64,000 nucleotides of DNA, taken from assembly GCA_964057225.1 (NCBI GenBank), contig OZ059896.1:8246001-8310000 (forward strand). Direction: 5' to 3'. A program made the translations under genes and the position numbers. Shown here one piece after another: positions 62,701 to 64,000 of this stretch; positions within the stretch are counted from its first letter, which is position 1, and every line of letters starts with the position of its first letter. The stretch comes from Auanema rhodensis. Lineage: Eukaryota; Animalia; Nematoda. The notes beneath the pieces are model-generated. The model searched no databases and was not told the origin of the DNA. It worked only from the letters and a program-made list of their open reading frames with translations.

Positions 62701-64000
62701 ACTAGTTTACTATATATATATATATATATTTGTATCTAAACATTTTTATTCAATTCCATAACAAGTCAAAAATCTTCCAGACAGCTCAATTCGTGAAGAA
62801 ATTTCGTTTACGAAATGTTATAGTCGTTTTTCCTGTATTAGAAGAAATAGGCAGCTTAATGCTCAAATTTTCTCATTTCTATAGAAAATTAAAGAAATAA
62901 ATTTTTTTTATTGAATATAAAAGATTTCTTCTGTTCTTAGAAGCATAATTTGCTTCTATTGATGAATAATAAGTTTCAACAGGTTTGTGATATTAAACCT
63001 TTTGAGGAGACTATTCTAATATTTATCCTATCAAACATGCAAACTGTGTCTATATGCCATACTTTTTTTGTTGTTAAATTCATTTATTTTCTTTAATTTT
63101 TGTTTAATTTGGTTATATTTTCTTTCTTTTTCTCCTATAAAAAAAAGAACTGAAAGAAGAAACGTTGTGTTGGTATCTTAAAAATTTTCTGAGCAATTTC
63201 ATTGTTTTTTCTCGCCTCTCTTGCTGCGGTGCAGCACCACGTACACATACACATACATCTCTAGCCTCTTCTTCGGTTTCTTTGGATCATGATCATCATC
63301 TTCTCTTTCTATTATTTATTTCTACATCTATCAACTATCTCAATTACTTATAACCATCATCGTTTTTGACTTTGTTTTCATTACCTCAATAATTGCCGGA
63401 ATCGCATGAACTTGATGAAATGACTTGGAGTATTTGGGCTTGAATTTTGATTAATAACACAGCATATGTACATATACATGTGTTCAAATAGTTGTATGTA
63501 CATACATACATATATATATATATATACTATATAACTACTTACTTCTATCTACATATGTTTATATAAAAAAATATATTTTCTATTATTTACAACAAAAAAA
63601 AATTTTTTTTTTGATCTCTTATCATAATTATGCAAAATTCATCATTATAATAATATTTCTTTATATAGATTTTAAAATGTTTTGAACAGTTGCTTTATCA
63701 CATACAATAACTTTTTTTTATAATATATAAGTTTAATATTGAAAAGGAAATCAACTAATGATATGCATGTAAGTTTAAGAGGAATCATCTCAATCATCTC
63801 TTTTACTCATTTTATATGAAAAAATATAAAATTACAATGATGTCATGATTTAGTAGACTGAAATAAAAGCTTTGAGAAAGAAAACGATGTGTAGAATTAG
63901 TTGGCAAAAAAAAGGAAAAAAAGTAGTATTCATCTAGTAAACTTAGTTGAGATCTTTTAACTTGATTGTGTCGTATGAAGATTTTTTTTTGAATGAAATC

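Noticed and set aside
60000-64000. GA-rich and CT-rich tracts and short ORFs at the window end
   Set aside because: Low-complexity non-coding DNA, probably UTR or regulatory sequence of flanking genes; no supportable feature.

Overview
AT-rich eukaryotic genomic DNA, almost certainly from a rhabditid-type nematode (Srx chemoreceptor, MSP-domain and SSQ-like sperm genes, dense 30-50 nt introns); the species cannot be determined. The ORF track is mostly misleading because genes are heavily spliced, so all gene models here were spliced by hand and exon boundaries are approximate. The first 35 kb is gene-dense. In order it holds a THUMPD3-like methyltransferase, an orphan single-pass membrane protein (-), an MSP-domain gene, an SSQ-like gene, an Srx GPCR, a secreted helical protein, a C2H2 zinc-finger gene (-), an ORF-less gap, two MATH/BTB-like genes, PHYH tail-to-tail with ACOX3 (-), a short CKK/patronin-like gene, a secreted orphan, dld-1 and a DOMON protein. 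About 17.5 kb of non-coding DNA then precedes a PMCA Ca2+-ATPase with candidate alternative last exons. The most notable observations are: (1) the convergent PHYH-ACOX3 peroxisomal pair, both with PTS1-type ends; (2) relaxed 3' splice sites, with many AAG, one GAG and one apparent TG acceptor; (3) a truncated patronin paralogue; (4) alternative PMCA C-termini. No tRNA, rRNA, CRISPR array or intact transposon was found.
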